A DNA stretch of 64,000 bases from an uncultured Chloroflexia bacterium (GTDB taxonomy: Bacteria > Chloroflexota > Anaerolineae > Anaerolineales > Anaerolineaceae), in contig CAVVGZ010000001.1 in the NCBI GenBank assembly GCA_963747965.1, positions 223 to 64,222 on the forward strand, read 5' to 3'. The position numbers were made by a program, and so were the translations under genes. Below the pieces are notes generated by a model. It was given only the letters and a program-made list of their open reading frames with translations. It did not search any database and was not told where the DNA came from. Positions 10,746 through 20,836 of the stretch are shown in pieces. Position 1 is the stretch's first letter. Each line of letters starts with the position of its first letter.

Positions 10746-12467
10746 ATGCGGACAAATGACCGTGTAGTGCAAATCGGGGTGTTGGTGGATGAGCGCGGAT
10801 TTGTTTCCGTGAGAGATTTGAGCGAACACTATCAAGTCTCCGAAATGACTATTCGCCGCGACTTGCAACGCCTGGAAGAAGAGGGTCGAATACAGCGCAC
10901 TTTCGGGGGAGCAGCCAGCCTCCACTTTGGGACTAAACTGCTGGGTAAAATAGATCCTGAATCCACAAATTCTTCCCCGGATGAAGTGCTGACAAATCGA
11001 GTGGATGTAATTATTGCTTCTTCGATTGAACAGCATTTCGATTTTTTGTTATTAGACATGGCCAGTAAGAAGAACCTCCCTATTGTAGCTGAATCGGCTC
11101 CCCTTGAAAAAGAAGTCACCCTTGTTGCTCTGGATAATTACAAGGCTGCTCATGCTCTTGGACGCAGCGCAGGTGAGGAGAGTACCCGGCGCTGGAATGG
11201 CCAGGTACACGTGCTTGACCTGACCTATCGGATGCCGAACACCCGCGTCCGCAGTCAGGCTTTCATGGATGGCATCCATGAAACCTGTCCGCAGGCTGAG
11301 TTGATCCTTTCAATTGACGCCCAATCCAGCAGGCAAACTTCCTACCAGGTTACCAAAGATGCCCTGACGGTTCACTCAAACATAAATGTGATTTTTGCTA
11401 TCAATGATGCTACCGCTTGGGGAGCTTTACAGGCTTGCCGTGAACTCGCAATAGATCCGGAAAAAATCACCATACTGCCTTTTGGTTTGGAAGGCGTAAC
11501 TATGCGTGATGCACTTGCCGAAGGAACATATTGCCGCATCGGCCTGGCCATGTTCCCAGAAATTGTAGCCCCAGCCTGCATTGAGGCGGCAATCACAGCC
11601 TATCGACGCTTACCTCTCCCCCCCCATTTGGTAACACCTTTCCACGTCTTGACAACAGAAAGCCTAACGGAAATGTATGTGAAGACCCAGGAAGGTTGGA
11701 AGCTGCGCTGGGATGTAGTCAAAAGACAATTTACCCTTCCTATCGATATCCATCCGCCAAAGGAACGGTCTCGGATAAACTTGCCCCGCCGGATTGGCTT
11801 TATCGTCCCCTTCAGTGAACATGAATGGTACCGCAATCTGGTAGTTTTGATGCAGGAGCATGCCCGGATTTATGAAATCCAGCTTGAATTTGTGAATACT
11901 GAGAAAGACATGTATGACGAAGTAGAAATCCGCCGGAAGGCCATTGCCCAACTGGCTGCGCAGCACGTTCAGGAAAAGGATGTCTTGATAATTGACAATG
12001 GTCCAATTTCCGGCTATTTGGCACAAAACCTTATCGGAAAAAGTGAAGTTACGGTAATTACCAATGCCATGAACGTATTTAAAATCCTTGAACAGGACAC
12101 AGGCATTACCTTGATTTCCACCGGTGGGGTTCTGCGCCGAACCAGTCAGGTATTGGTGGGTCCTGCCGCTGAGGCAAGCTTGCGAGATCTACGCGCGGAT
12201 AAGCTTTTCCTAAGTGTCACAGGTATCTCGCTGGATTTCGGTCTTTCGCATACTACATACTCTGAAGTAACCATCAAGCAAGCTATGATCCGTTCTGCCC
12301 GCGAAGTAATTTTGGTGGCAGATTACACAAATTTTGGGCAGGAATCGGTTGCCCAGGTTGCAGAATTAAGCATCGTCAATCGCCTGATCACTGACGATTC
12401 ATTACCAGCCAATATCCGCCTGGATCTGGCAAAACTGGGTATTAAGTTGAACATGGCAATTACATGA
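10746..12467 (+). CDS. DeoR-family transcriptional regulator with an extra LacI/RbsB-like sugar-binding module (573 aa)
   Basis: The N-terminal DeoR HTH is VSVRDLSEHYQVSEMTIRRDLQRLEEEGRIQRTFGGA. A central PBP-like segment follows (NLPIVAESAPL...VALDNYKAAHALG...VIFAINDATAWGALQA). The C-terminal DeoRC-type module is VLIIDNGPISGYLAQNL...VITNAMNVF...LISTGG...DKLFLSVTGISLD...LITDD. Confidence 0.8.
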   Translation: MRTNDRVVQIGVLVDERGFVSVRDLSEHYQVSEMTIRRDLQRLEEEGRIQRTFGGAASLHFGTKLLGKIDPESTNSSPDEVLTNRVDVIIASSIEQHFDFLLLDMASKKNLPIVAESAPLEKEVTLVALDNYKAAHALGRSAGEESTRRWNGQVHVLDLTYRMPNTRVRSQAFMDGIHETCPQAELILSIDAQSSRQTSYQVTKDALTVHSNINVIFAINDATAWGALQACRELAIDPEKITILPFGLEGVTMRDALAEGTYCRIGLAMFPEIVAPACIEAAITAYRRLPLPPHLVTPFHVLTTESLTEMYVKTQEGWKLRWDVVKRQFTLPIDIHPPKERSRINLPRRIGFIVPFSEHEWYRNLVVLMQEHARIYEIQLEFVNTEKDMYDEVEIRRKAIAQLAAQHVQEKDVLIIDNGPISGYLAQNLIGKSEVTVITNAMNVFKILEQDTGITLISTGGVLRRTSQVLVGPAAEASLRDLRADKLFLSVTGISLDFGLSHTTYSEVTIKQAMIRSAREVILVADYTNFGQESVAQVAELSIVNRLITDDSLPANIRLDLAKLGIKLNMAIT

Positions 12468-12618
12468 GTGATTTACTTCAACACTAAGCAGGTTATGGCA
12501 TTTTCATAAATCATTATTTCAAATCAAGATGTTCAACTCATCTAATCCTTTTCATAAGGTGACTTTATCGAGAATATTCAGCCTGTTAAGAATAACCGGG
12601 GCAAAAAAGGGAACATTT

Positions 12619-13525
12619 ATGGATGAATTAAAATTGATCTATGGTGGTATTGAAGCTGGGGGAACAAAATTCATTTGTGGTATCGGTACTTCAGAAGGGA
12701 ATATTATTGATAAAACATCCTTTAGAACCACCGATCCACAGGCAACTCTCTCCGAGTGTAGTGGATTATTTTACAACAATCAGGAAGAGTTATAGCTTTT
12801 CAAAAATCGGATTGGCTTCATTTGGACCTCTTGATCTTAATTTTCACTCAGACACCTACGGTTATATTACAAGTACAGCCAAAAAGGGTTGGCAAAATTT
12901 TAATATTAAAGGCACTCTGGAAAATGCATTAGGGGTCGATGTTAATATTGATACGGACGTAAATGCTGCGATATTAGCCGAACAAAAATGGGGGGGCGCT
13001 CAAGGAAAAAATCTGGCCGTCTATATAACCGTTGGCACCGGAATTGGTGGTGGAGTATTCTTCAATGGCAGTTTACTGCACGGGCTTCTTCATCCAGAAC
13101 TTGGTCATATGCGCATCAGGAGCGATATATTTAATAATAGTAAAATAAGAGGAATTTGCCCTTTCCATCAGAATTGTCTGGAAGGTTTGGCATCCGGGCC
13201 TGCTATTCAAGCTATTTGGAATATTCCAGCTGAGAAAATACCTCCTGAACATATCGCCTGGGAATATGAAGCACAATTCCTGGCTGAAGGGATTGCGAAT
13301 ATTATCCTTATGTTATCCCCGGAAATTATCATATTAGGTGGGGGAGTCATGCAGCAAACCTTCCTCTTTCCACCTGTCCGAAAAAAAGTTCAGGAATTAT
13401 TAAATGGTTATATTAGAAAATCCGAGATACTTGAAAGTATTGAGGATTATATAGTTCCTGCAAAACTTGGTTCCGATGCTGGATTACTTGGTGCATTAGC
13501 ATTAGCGTTTGAGGAGGATGTCTGA
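12619..13525 (+). CDS. ROK-family sugar kinase (fructokinase/glucokinase-like); frame change near 12760
   Basis: The N-terminus GGIEAGGTKF lies in ORF 12529-12795, with ATG 12619 after aaaaaggga. The ROK core lies in ORF 12641-13525: ITVGTGIGGGVFFNG, HPELGHM and CPFHQNCLEGLASGPA. Confidence 0.75.
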
Positions 13526-14246
13526 TTCTGGTAAGCAAAATCCTGGCTAACCTCACAAATGTCAATTTTGTCCAAGCGCCAAAGAGACCTGGATTATATA
13601 TTTGGTAAAAATATCGGGGGGCAATTCTTTGATATGACGGATGAATCGCAATTTTCTGTACCCCATTTACAGCCAATTTTCTGCTATTTATATCCCGCTT
13701 CACCTGATCCAAATCCGGAATCAACAGGACCGCTGGATTGCGCCTTCTTGAAATAGGGGCAGATCCATCCCCCCGAGGAATGACTGTTATTTTGCGGCGT
13801 AACTAAAAAAAACTGGTTCATACATCCAGCAAGTACTGTCAGTAATTTGATTGATAGCGGTCCTGCGCCTTCCTGCTGAGGATTCAAGCTTCGCTGTGGG
13901 GTTTTTCCAATATATCAATCCCAAAGGGAAAGATGTTGTTGATCGTTATGATACAATTCATGGCGGCAATAAAAAAAGGGCTGACACGGAACAAACCAAC
14001 TGGAATATTATCCTTTTCTGCCATGGTCCAACCCTGACAAGAAAATAAATTGTGGGAAACCGGGTTGGTTTTCCTTAATCTTATTACAGTTTTTATATGG
14101 TTTTTATTTCTTGCTTGTGAGCCAGAAACAGCCTATCATCGCCACCATCCTGTAACGCATCGATAATAAGGAACAACTGGGTAGCGGCATATTATGCGAT
14201 ATTAATTCATGTTTGATTGCAGCGTTAGCAGCAATAGGGAATTGCG

Positions 14247-15326
14247 ATGCAGAAAAATAGAACCAAATCTGGTAGAAACGGGGATGATTACGAATTCCCC
14301 AAGAAGGTTGGGATTATTTACAGTGATGTAAAGAAAAAGTATTTCGCCACAGAAGCACAATATATTACTGAAAAAGACGCAGATGAGGATGCTAAATTAA
14401 TTGGTGATTATCTTACAACATTAGGGATAAAAGTCTACCTGTATGCCGGGGATGAAAAGCTGCCTGCCCATCTATATAGAGATAAGCCGGAATTGGTAAT
14501 TAATGTTGTCGATTCAGTCAAAGGTGACGAGGCTTTATCATCTGCAATTCCGGGAATATTGGAGCTTCTTGACATTCCATACACGGGTGCGGATATTCTG
14601 GGACTATCTCTGGATACCAACAAGTTCCTGATCAAGGAACTTCTCCAACAAAATGGTATCCCGGTGCCAACTTTTCAATTGATGAATACACCGGGAGATT
14701 ATATAAATCCTAAACTACGATACCCATTAATTTCAAAATTGAATGCTATCCACGGCGCTGTGGAAATTACAAGAAACGCAATTTCCGAAGACGAAAAACA
14801 TCTTCGGGATAGAATAAGGTATTTAATCCAAACCTATAAACAACCCGTTCTGGTCGAAGAATTCATTGCCGGTCGAGAAATAACTGCCATACTTCTTGAA
14901 GGGATGAATCGGAAAGTTTATCTGGCAGAAAAATTATTTCTCCACCACGATGAAAAATATGTCATCACCACTTTTGAGGACCAATGGCTGTACAGGAGCG
15001 ATGCGGTTTTCCAGTATAAAAAGTATGACGATCCGGTTTTAAGGGAATTTATCAAGAAGGCATTTGATGTAACAAAAATGTACGATTATGGCAAGTTTGA
15101 TGTACGCCTCGATCAATCTGGACGATATTTTATAATTGACTCAAATTGTAATCCTGCCTTTGGACCAAAAGAACTGGACATGGCATTATCTGTAATCCTG
15201 GATCTGTATGGCATCTCATTTTATGAGATATTGAAACGGCTGCTGCTTAATACTGTGCGGGATGCAGCTGGAAAAGAGCGTTTACCGCTCCCAGCCGATA
15301 GCGATACAGATACTCCCAAACCCTAA
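14247..15326 (+). CDS. ATP-grasp enzyme, D-alanine--D-alanine ligase-like
   Basis: The Ddl-like N-domain is INVVDSVKGDEALSSAIPGILELLDIPYTGA...DTNKFLIKELL, and the ATP-grasp C-terminal part is GKFDVRLDQSGRYFIIDSNCNP. The gene is isolated, flanked by 0.5-0.7 kb without intact ORFs. Confidence 0.65.
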   Translation: MQKNRTKSGRNGDDYEFPKKVGIIYSDVKKKYFATEAQYITEKDADEDAKLIGDYLTTLGIKVYLYAGDEKLPAHLYRDKPELVINVVDSVKGDEALSSAIPGILELLDIPYTGADILGLSLDTNKFLIKELLQQNGIPVPTFQLMNTPGDYINPKLRYPLISKLNAIHGAVEITRNAISEDEKHLRDRIRYLIQTYKQPVLVEEFIAGREITAILLEGMNRKVYLAEKLFLHHDEKYVITTFEDQWLYRSDAVFQYKKYDDPVLREFIKKAFDVTKMYDYGKFDVRLDQSGRYFIIDSNCNPAFGPKELDMALSVILDLYGISFYEILKRLLLNTVRDAAGKERLPLPADSDTDTPKP

Positions 15327-15857
15327 AGGAAATTGGACGTTTGAGTGGGTGAGAGAAATTTGTCATGCCGGATTATATGATCTTGTTTGCAGTGCTTGAA
15401 CGAATGCCCACCTGGCTATTCTGATAAATTCCCCCTGAATTTCCAAAAGAACCTCATCGAAAACGAGTTACGTGAACTGTGATAAACCTGGGAAGCTCAA
15501 ATTACATCTGCCTCCCGAAGGACAGGCGGGCGATGGATCGGTCAGGTCGGGGAATCCAGGACTAACTTACTGGGTTTTTTTCCGGGCTTCAATGCCTTTT
15601 TCACGCGGTTGATTATTCAACACCCGCTGGGTGATGGTATATTCATCTCAAAATTTTGATGATATATGGATGTTTTTAAAATACTATTTCAATTCTGTCC
15701 GGCATTCAATAAAGAAGTCATAGTCAATTGTTGTAAATGATAACCGTGTGATGCTTGTCTATTGAGCGATCCTAACGCCCTGCCTCATAGGAGAATACTA
15801 ATGGATGAGGGAGATCACCGGATCAGCATTTCTGGAAACTCTGGAATAGTTGGGCTA

Positions 15858-17893
15858 CTAATCATCTTCCTCAGCTTCATGGCAGGTGATGCAGTCTGTC
15901 GCAGGAGGTCCGGACGGATGGCATATGGAACATTCTCCATTGGCACCCCCATGATCCATATCAAAGGAATGATCAACGGAAGCACCTCCCCAACCACCGG
16001 TGTTATGGCAGTCTGAACATTGCTGGTCGGAATGGTTGTCAGGCCGGATACCGCTGTGGCAGCCCTTACAGTCGGTGGCTCCGGCTGCCTCGTGGTTAAA
16101 GCTGGCTGACGACCACCCACTTGTAGCGTGGCAGGAGGAGCACTGCCCGGTGTAGTGGTTGGCAGGCTGGGTGCCATTGTGGCACGAAATACAATCCGTA
16201 GCACCGGCAGCCTCGTGATTAAAATAGGCTGGCAGCCAGGCGCTGGTGGAATGACAGGCAGAGCATTGCCCCGCGTAGTGGCTGGCAGGCTGGACACTGC
16301 TGTGACATGAAATGCAGTCGGTGGCACCAGCAGCCTCGTGATTAAAATAGGCTGGCAGCCAGGCGCTGGTGGAATGACACGCAGAGCATTGCCCCGCGTA
16401 ATGGTTTGCTGGCCTGGCGCTGCTGTGGCATGATATGCAATCGGTTGCGCCGGCAGCCTCGTGGTTGAAACTGGCTGGAAGCCACGCACTGGTGGAATGG
16501 CAGGTGGAGCATTGCGCCGCATAGTGGTCGGCAGGCATGGCGCTGCTGTGGCATGAAATGCAGTCGTTGGCGCCGGCAGCCTCGTGATTAAAATTGGCTG
16601 GCAGCCATCCATTTGTAGTATGGCAGGTTGAGCACTGCGCTGCATAGTGGTTGGCAGGCTGGACGGCTTTATGGCATCCCTTGCATTCTGCGGACCCGTA
16701 AATTTCATGCTTGAAGCCAGCCGGTAACCACCCATCAGTGGAATGGCAGGTGATGCACTGTATTGGAAAATGGTTGGTGGGTGCCATGCTGGTGTGGCAG
16801 GATTTACAGTTCAGTCTAATGGCGGTGTCATGCGAAAAGACTGCTCCAGCCCAGCCAGCCGTGGTGTGGCAGTTTGAGCACTGACCGGAAAAATGATTTT
16901 TTGGGCGCAGACCTGCATGGCAAGAAGTACAGACCAGCTTTTCGGTATTGGGGTGGACAAAGGCTATACCGGCATTTCCATTGGTATTGTGGCAAAGGCT
17001 GCATTCACCCGAAGCATGCCCTTCCGGGCGGGATCTTTCATCGCAAGTTTTACAATCCTTGTTTCCGGAATTGGAAACCCGGTCAGTGGTGCTTTTGACC
17101 CAACCCGCCGGATTGTGGCATGGGCCACAATCCCCGGTGTAATGATCCTGCGGTACATTGATCTGCATGGCAGGTGCTGCAGTCACTGGAAGCCAGCTGA
17201 TAATTCCCTCCGGCGTGGCAGGCATCGCATTCCACCAGCGTGTGCATTCCAAGCAGGGGAAAGGAATAATGCAGCGAACTGGCACGATCCTCAGGGAGCG
17301 GCACGCCAAACGCCGATCTTTTACCGTCAGCAGTGATTACCTGGGGTGCCTTTGTTTCCGGGGTGAAGAAAACCTGTATCCCTGCAACACGGTTTAGAGC
17401 GCTGAGATCCGAACCTCCGCCATTAAGCAGCATGATAAATCCATCCACTTTTGCTGCCAATTGGGTATAGGCAGTTGGCTGCTCGGTGGGCAGGATGGAC
17501 AATCCATCCAGTGCCTGGCGGGCAGATTGCAGGCTCTGGTCTCAATTTGATGAGCTGCGCCTGGTCAGTGGCACCGGTTAGTTTGGCCGCCGTCAGGGCG
17601 GCCTGGTCGATGACGTAGTTCAACTCGGCAGCCGAGTTGGCTTCCTTGATAGTACCAGCAGAACCATTTACATCGTCTATACGGGTCTCAAGTCTTGTTA
17701 AAAGGTAATCCAGCCTGGCAGTGGTTGAAGATGTAATTGCAGTGCGGATCTGTTCGGAGGAGCGCTGTAAAAAGAAAAGTGGCTGTCCAGGATGAATGAC
17801 CGATAAACCGGAAAATGCCAATACATCCGCCGCTAATACAACCAGTATAAGGGCTATTACCAGCAAGATATCGATTAGAGCGTTGCGCCGCAT
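15858..17893 (-). CDS. membrane-anchored multihaem c-type cytochrome built of paired-CXXCH repeats; two frame changes (~17543, ~17158)
   Basis: The three ORF pieces 17423-17893, 17083-17502 and 15858-17309 join into one protein. It has an N-terminal TM helix and a helical domain, then 22 CxxCH motifs plus one CxxCD by my count. The sequence reads through each junction once 1 nt is corrected. Confidence 0.8.
15975..17084 (-). repeat. nine consecutive 123-bp (41-aa) coding repeats inside the cytochrome gene
   Basis: Units start at residues 76, 117, 158, 199, 240, 281, 322, 363 and 404 of the 483-aa piece. The pattern is F-x-H-x7-C-x2-CH-x7-H-x4-C-x2-CH-x4-W. Units 281-321 and 322-362 differ at 3 of 41 residues. 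Confidence 0.85.
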
Positions 17894-18252
17894 TGACGGT
17901 TCTCCATAGGTTAAAATAAACTGAGTATCATTATACTAAGGAATATTTACTGTCAAGGGACAACCTCAGGCTAACAGTATTTGCTGTCCATTTCCGAAAG
18001 GTACCAATCCGATTTTCCTTTTAGTCATTCATAACAGCCCGGGTAGGTCGGTCAAGCAAGACCTTGACCCAACCTCCATGATCTATATTTTTTCGTAAAC
18101 CAAACCAGGAGTTGGTGGAAAATCCCACATGATTTCCCAGAACCCGTTATTGCACTTGTATTTAATTCCCAAATAATTATAATAAAAATAATATTTCTAA
18201 AAATGGGATTAGAATAGTGTTCTGTTTTTTGGATAAAGTAGAAAGGGATGAG

Positions 18253-18561
18253 ATGCGAAAAATTTGGTTTGTTACTTTGTTTGTTGTTCTGCTGGCAATA
18301 TTGATTGTGGGCTGCTCTTCTGCCGCAACCACCGCTGCTCCTGCTGCCGGCTCTTCCGGATCTGAGACAACAGCTATCGATGGTAAAACATTATTAGAGA
18401 CCCGCTGTACTGTCTGTCACTCACTGGACAGGGTTCAAAGTAAGTCCGGCTCCGCAGACGATTGGAAAAGTACCGTGGATAAGATGATACAAAATGGCGC
18501 CAAAATATCGGAAGAAGAAGCAATCGTCCTGGTTAAATACCTGGCAGAAAATTACAAATAA
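18253..18561 (+). CDS. small monohaem cytochrome-c-like lipoprotein, paralogue A
   Basis: It has a signal peptide with lipobox IVGCSS and an Ala/Thr/Ser linker, then IDGKTLLETRCTVCHSLDRV...DDWKSTVDKMIQNGAKISEEEAIVLVKYLAENYK. The likely start is ATG 18253, after gaaaggga. Confidence 0.7.
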   Translation: MRKIWFVTLFVVLLAILIVGCSSAATTAAPAAGSSGSETTAIDGKTLLETRCTVCHSLDRVQSKSGSADDWKSTVDKMIQNGAKISEEEAIVLVKYLAENYK

Positions 18562-18574
18562 TCGCTCATAAGGG

Positions 18575-18606
18575 AGGAGCGCAGCTTATCAGCCTGCGCT
18601 CCTTTA
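18575..18606 (+). terminator. terminator hairpin after paralogue A
   Basis: A perfect 10-bp stem aggagcgcag/ctgcgctcct with a 9-nt loop is followed by ttt. Confidence 0.55.
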
Positions 18607-19197
18607 ATAGAATAATAACGCTTTCTTATGAGTCAGATTTCTGTTAGCGTTTCGCAGAGCGCACATAATCCGACCAATCACCGATAAGATATTAACTTAC
18701 ATATTCATGATTACACAACCAGGTTTCTTCTTATAGGAAGAATAATTACAATAGTTCCTCTGCCAACCTCAGGTATTCATGATCATCGAGTAAATACCGT
18801 CAACTAAACCGGCGATCCGTGTTTACATACGGTCTGGATGCACAAGGTATTGGTAGATTCTTGGATATTTGCTCCTTTTCCTGGATTAGGCAGGTATTTT
18901 ATCCATGATTTCGAAAAGCCCCTAATCCAATTTTCCTTTTTCAAATTCTTTTTTTTGAGAAAGGACTTACATCCACCCGGACCCTGCAATAATCTTCTCA
19001 AATTCTAGTTTCGGGGTAACCATTTCGGGGGAACCAACCCGGAATTTATTCGACCCACAAGTGTTTACACACACTTCGGTATTGAATTAATCCTGATAGA
19101 TAAATGAAATTAAATACGATAAAATAATTCACTATAACCATTCCTAACAACATTAGGGAAAAAAATACTTTATGGCCTTAGCTTTTAAAGGATAAAA

Positions 19198-19539
19198 ATG
19201 AGAAAATTATTTGGGTATACATCGGTTTTGATTCTGCTGGCAATTTTGGTTGTGAGCTGTTCCTCTTCCAGCACCACGGCTGCTCCGGCTTCCAGCCCAC
19301 CGAGTACCGAGACAATAGCAGCGGAGTCTTCTTCCGGTAGTAGCTTGGCAACACCTGATGGTAAAACTTTGTTGGAATCTCGCTGTGCTAACTGTCACGA
19401 CCTGGACACGGTTGTAAATCGAAAAGGCACTGCCGATGAATGGAAAATGGTTGTGGATAGTCATATTCAACGAGGCGTGGAATTATCGAGCGAGGAAGCG
19501 ACCGTGCTGGTTCAATACCTTGCAGAAAATTTCAAATAG
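19198..19539 (+). CDS. small monohaem cytochrome-c-like lipoprotein, paralogue B
   Basis: Lipobox VVSCSS, then PDGKTLLESRCANCHDLDTV...DEWKMVVDSHIQRGVELSSEEATVLVQYLAENFK. Confidence 0.7.
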   Translation: MRKLFGYTSVLILLAILVVSCSSSSTTAAPASSPPSTETIAAESSSGSSLATPDGKTLLESRCANCHDLDTVVNRKGTADEWKMVVDSHIQRGVELSSEEATVLVQYLAENFK

Positions 19540-19645
19540 GCACTGTCAGTAAAAGAGAATTGCTCTTGATCCTGACCGCAGTAAGATGCACATGACTGAG
19601 AGACTCCTTCCTGTTTTACCACATCGTTCCTAAAGAATCAAAAAA

Positions 19646-19674
19646 GGCAGTTCATATCTCATTTCCGAACTGTC
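19646..19674. terminator. bidirectional terminator between convergent genes
   Basis: An 8-bp stem ggcagttc/gaactgtc (one G-U pair) is flanked by an A6 run (19640-19645) and a T5 run (19675-19679). Confidence 0.55.
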
Positions 19675-19697
19675 TTTTTGATTTTCTGAAACCAGAA

Positions 19698-20138
19698 TCA
19701 GGTATGATTGTCAGGATCAAAACTCAACGGATTGACCTCAACATTGGCTGCGCACAGAAAATCCAGCGAGTTCTCATCGATCCTGTAAGGGACATTATAG
19801 ATGAGACGGCAAATACCAGCATTAATGAGCACCTTGGTGCAGTTTATACATGGAAAATGAGTGACATAACAGGTACTCCCGCGTGTGCATACTCCGTGCA
19901 GGGCTGCCTGAATAATGGCGTTGGTCTCAGCGTGGATGGTCCGTACACAGTGTCCTTCTGCCAGCAGATGGCCAATTTCATCGCAATGGGGTTGACCTGC
20001 GGGTGAGCCGTTAAACCCTGTTGTCAGGATGCGTTTATCAAGCACCAGTACACAGCCGACAAAAGCACGGTCGCATGTGCTGCGTTCAGACACTGCATAG
20101 GCAATTTTCATAAAGTAGGAATCCCAGTCAGGGCGCAT
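19698..20138 (-). CDS. dCMP deaminase (cytidine/deoxycytidylate deaminase family)
   Basis: Zinc and catalytic motifs HAETNAI and PCINCTK are present. The protein is 146 aa and the N-terminus WDSYFMKIAYAVSERSTC is typical of ComEB-type enzymes. Confidence 0.85.
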   Translation of the reverse strand: MRPDWDSYFMKIAYAVSERSTCDRAFVGCVLVLDKRILTTGFNGSPAGQPHCDEIGHLLAEGHCVRTIHAETNAIIQAALHGVCTRGSTCYVTHFPCINCTKVLINAGICRLIYNVPYRIDENSLDFLCAANVEVNPLSFDPDNHT

Positions 20139-20836
20139 TGAAAGTCTCCTTTGGATAATAATAGCACAGCCCGGAACTACAGGTAAGTGAAATTATTACA
20201 TAATTTTGCTGCAGGCAGTTGCACTGCCATACCATGACAGCCCGGTTGACAGCCTGACAACCGGAAACATGATGATTGTTCCTAACAATCAGATTGGTAC
20301 TTCTCAATTCTATAATTTTTGATTTTTTTGAATAGATTGCTTTTTATGGAGCAGGTTATCAAGCCTCATCCATTACCAACACAACTCTTTTTTCACCCTT
20401 TTTATTAATTAATTGGATTTCACACGTGTATTCAGTACAATAATTAAAGAATACCAGGGACAATTCCTGTTATATTTAGGGTTGCCTCATCAGCCTTTTC
20501 CATGCTTCACGTATTGCCTGGTGATCCAGATATCTATTTGATATAGTTCATTAAGCTTTACATGAAGCTGGATACAAAGGTTTCGGCAGGTTTGGGATTC
20601 AATCAATGATCGAAAATCTGCCAAAAGGAACTCTGCGCAAATCCTTGGTCTGCCCGAAGTAAGCAGCCTGAAAGCGGGAAATCCGGCAGATGATTGGGTT
20701 GTCAAGGGTGATCCAGCCAGTAATGGGTGGGATTTGCTTAATGTAAAGTCAGTCTGGCTCAGCGGTAAAAACGTGAACGACAATTATTGTGGATGTACAG
20801 AGTAAATAATACCAATTGAAAGGATGATATTTCCAG

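Noticed and set aside
10539-11036. A 165-aa minus-strand ORF overlapping the start of the DeoR gene
   Set aside because: It overlaps the conserved DeoR HTH on the opposite strand, and its 5' part runs through the AT-rich promoter region. It has no recognisable domain.
15815-16735. A 306-aa ORF on the same strand as the large cytochrome but in another frame, rich in Pro/Thr/Ala/Arg
   Set aside because: It lies entirely within the 123-bp repeat array. Its periodic, low-complexity translation is the expected off-frame shadow of the CxxCH repeats, and it has no independent start context.
15975-17084. Regular 123-bp periodicity that could be mistaken for a CRISPR-like or satellite array
   Set aside because: The units are contiguous, with no unique spacers, and translate in one frame into a conserved haem-binding repeat. 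No cas genes or leader are present.
20490-20783. A 97-aa minus-strand ORF in the long spacer before the hydrolase operon
   Set aside because: It has no RBS or start context, an atypical composition and no recognisable family. I treat the region as non-coding.
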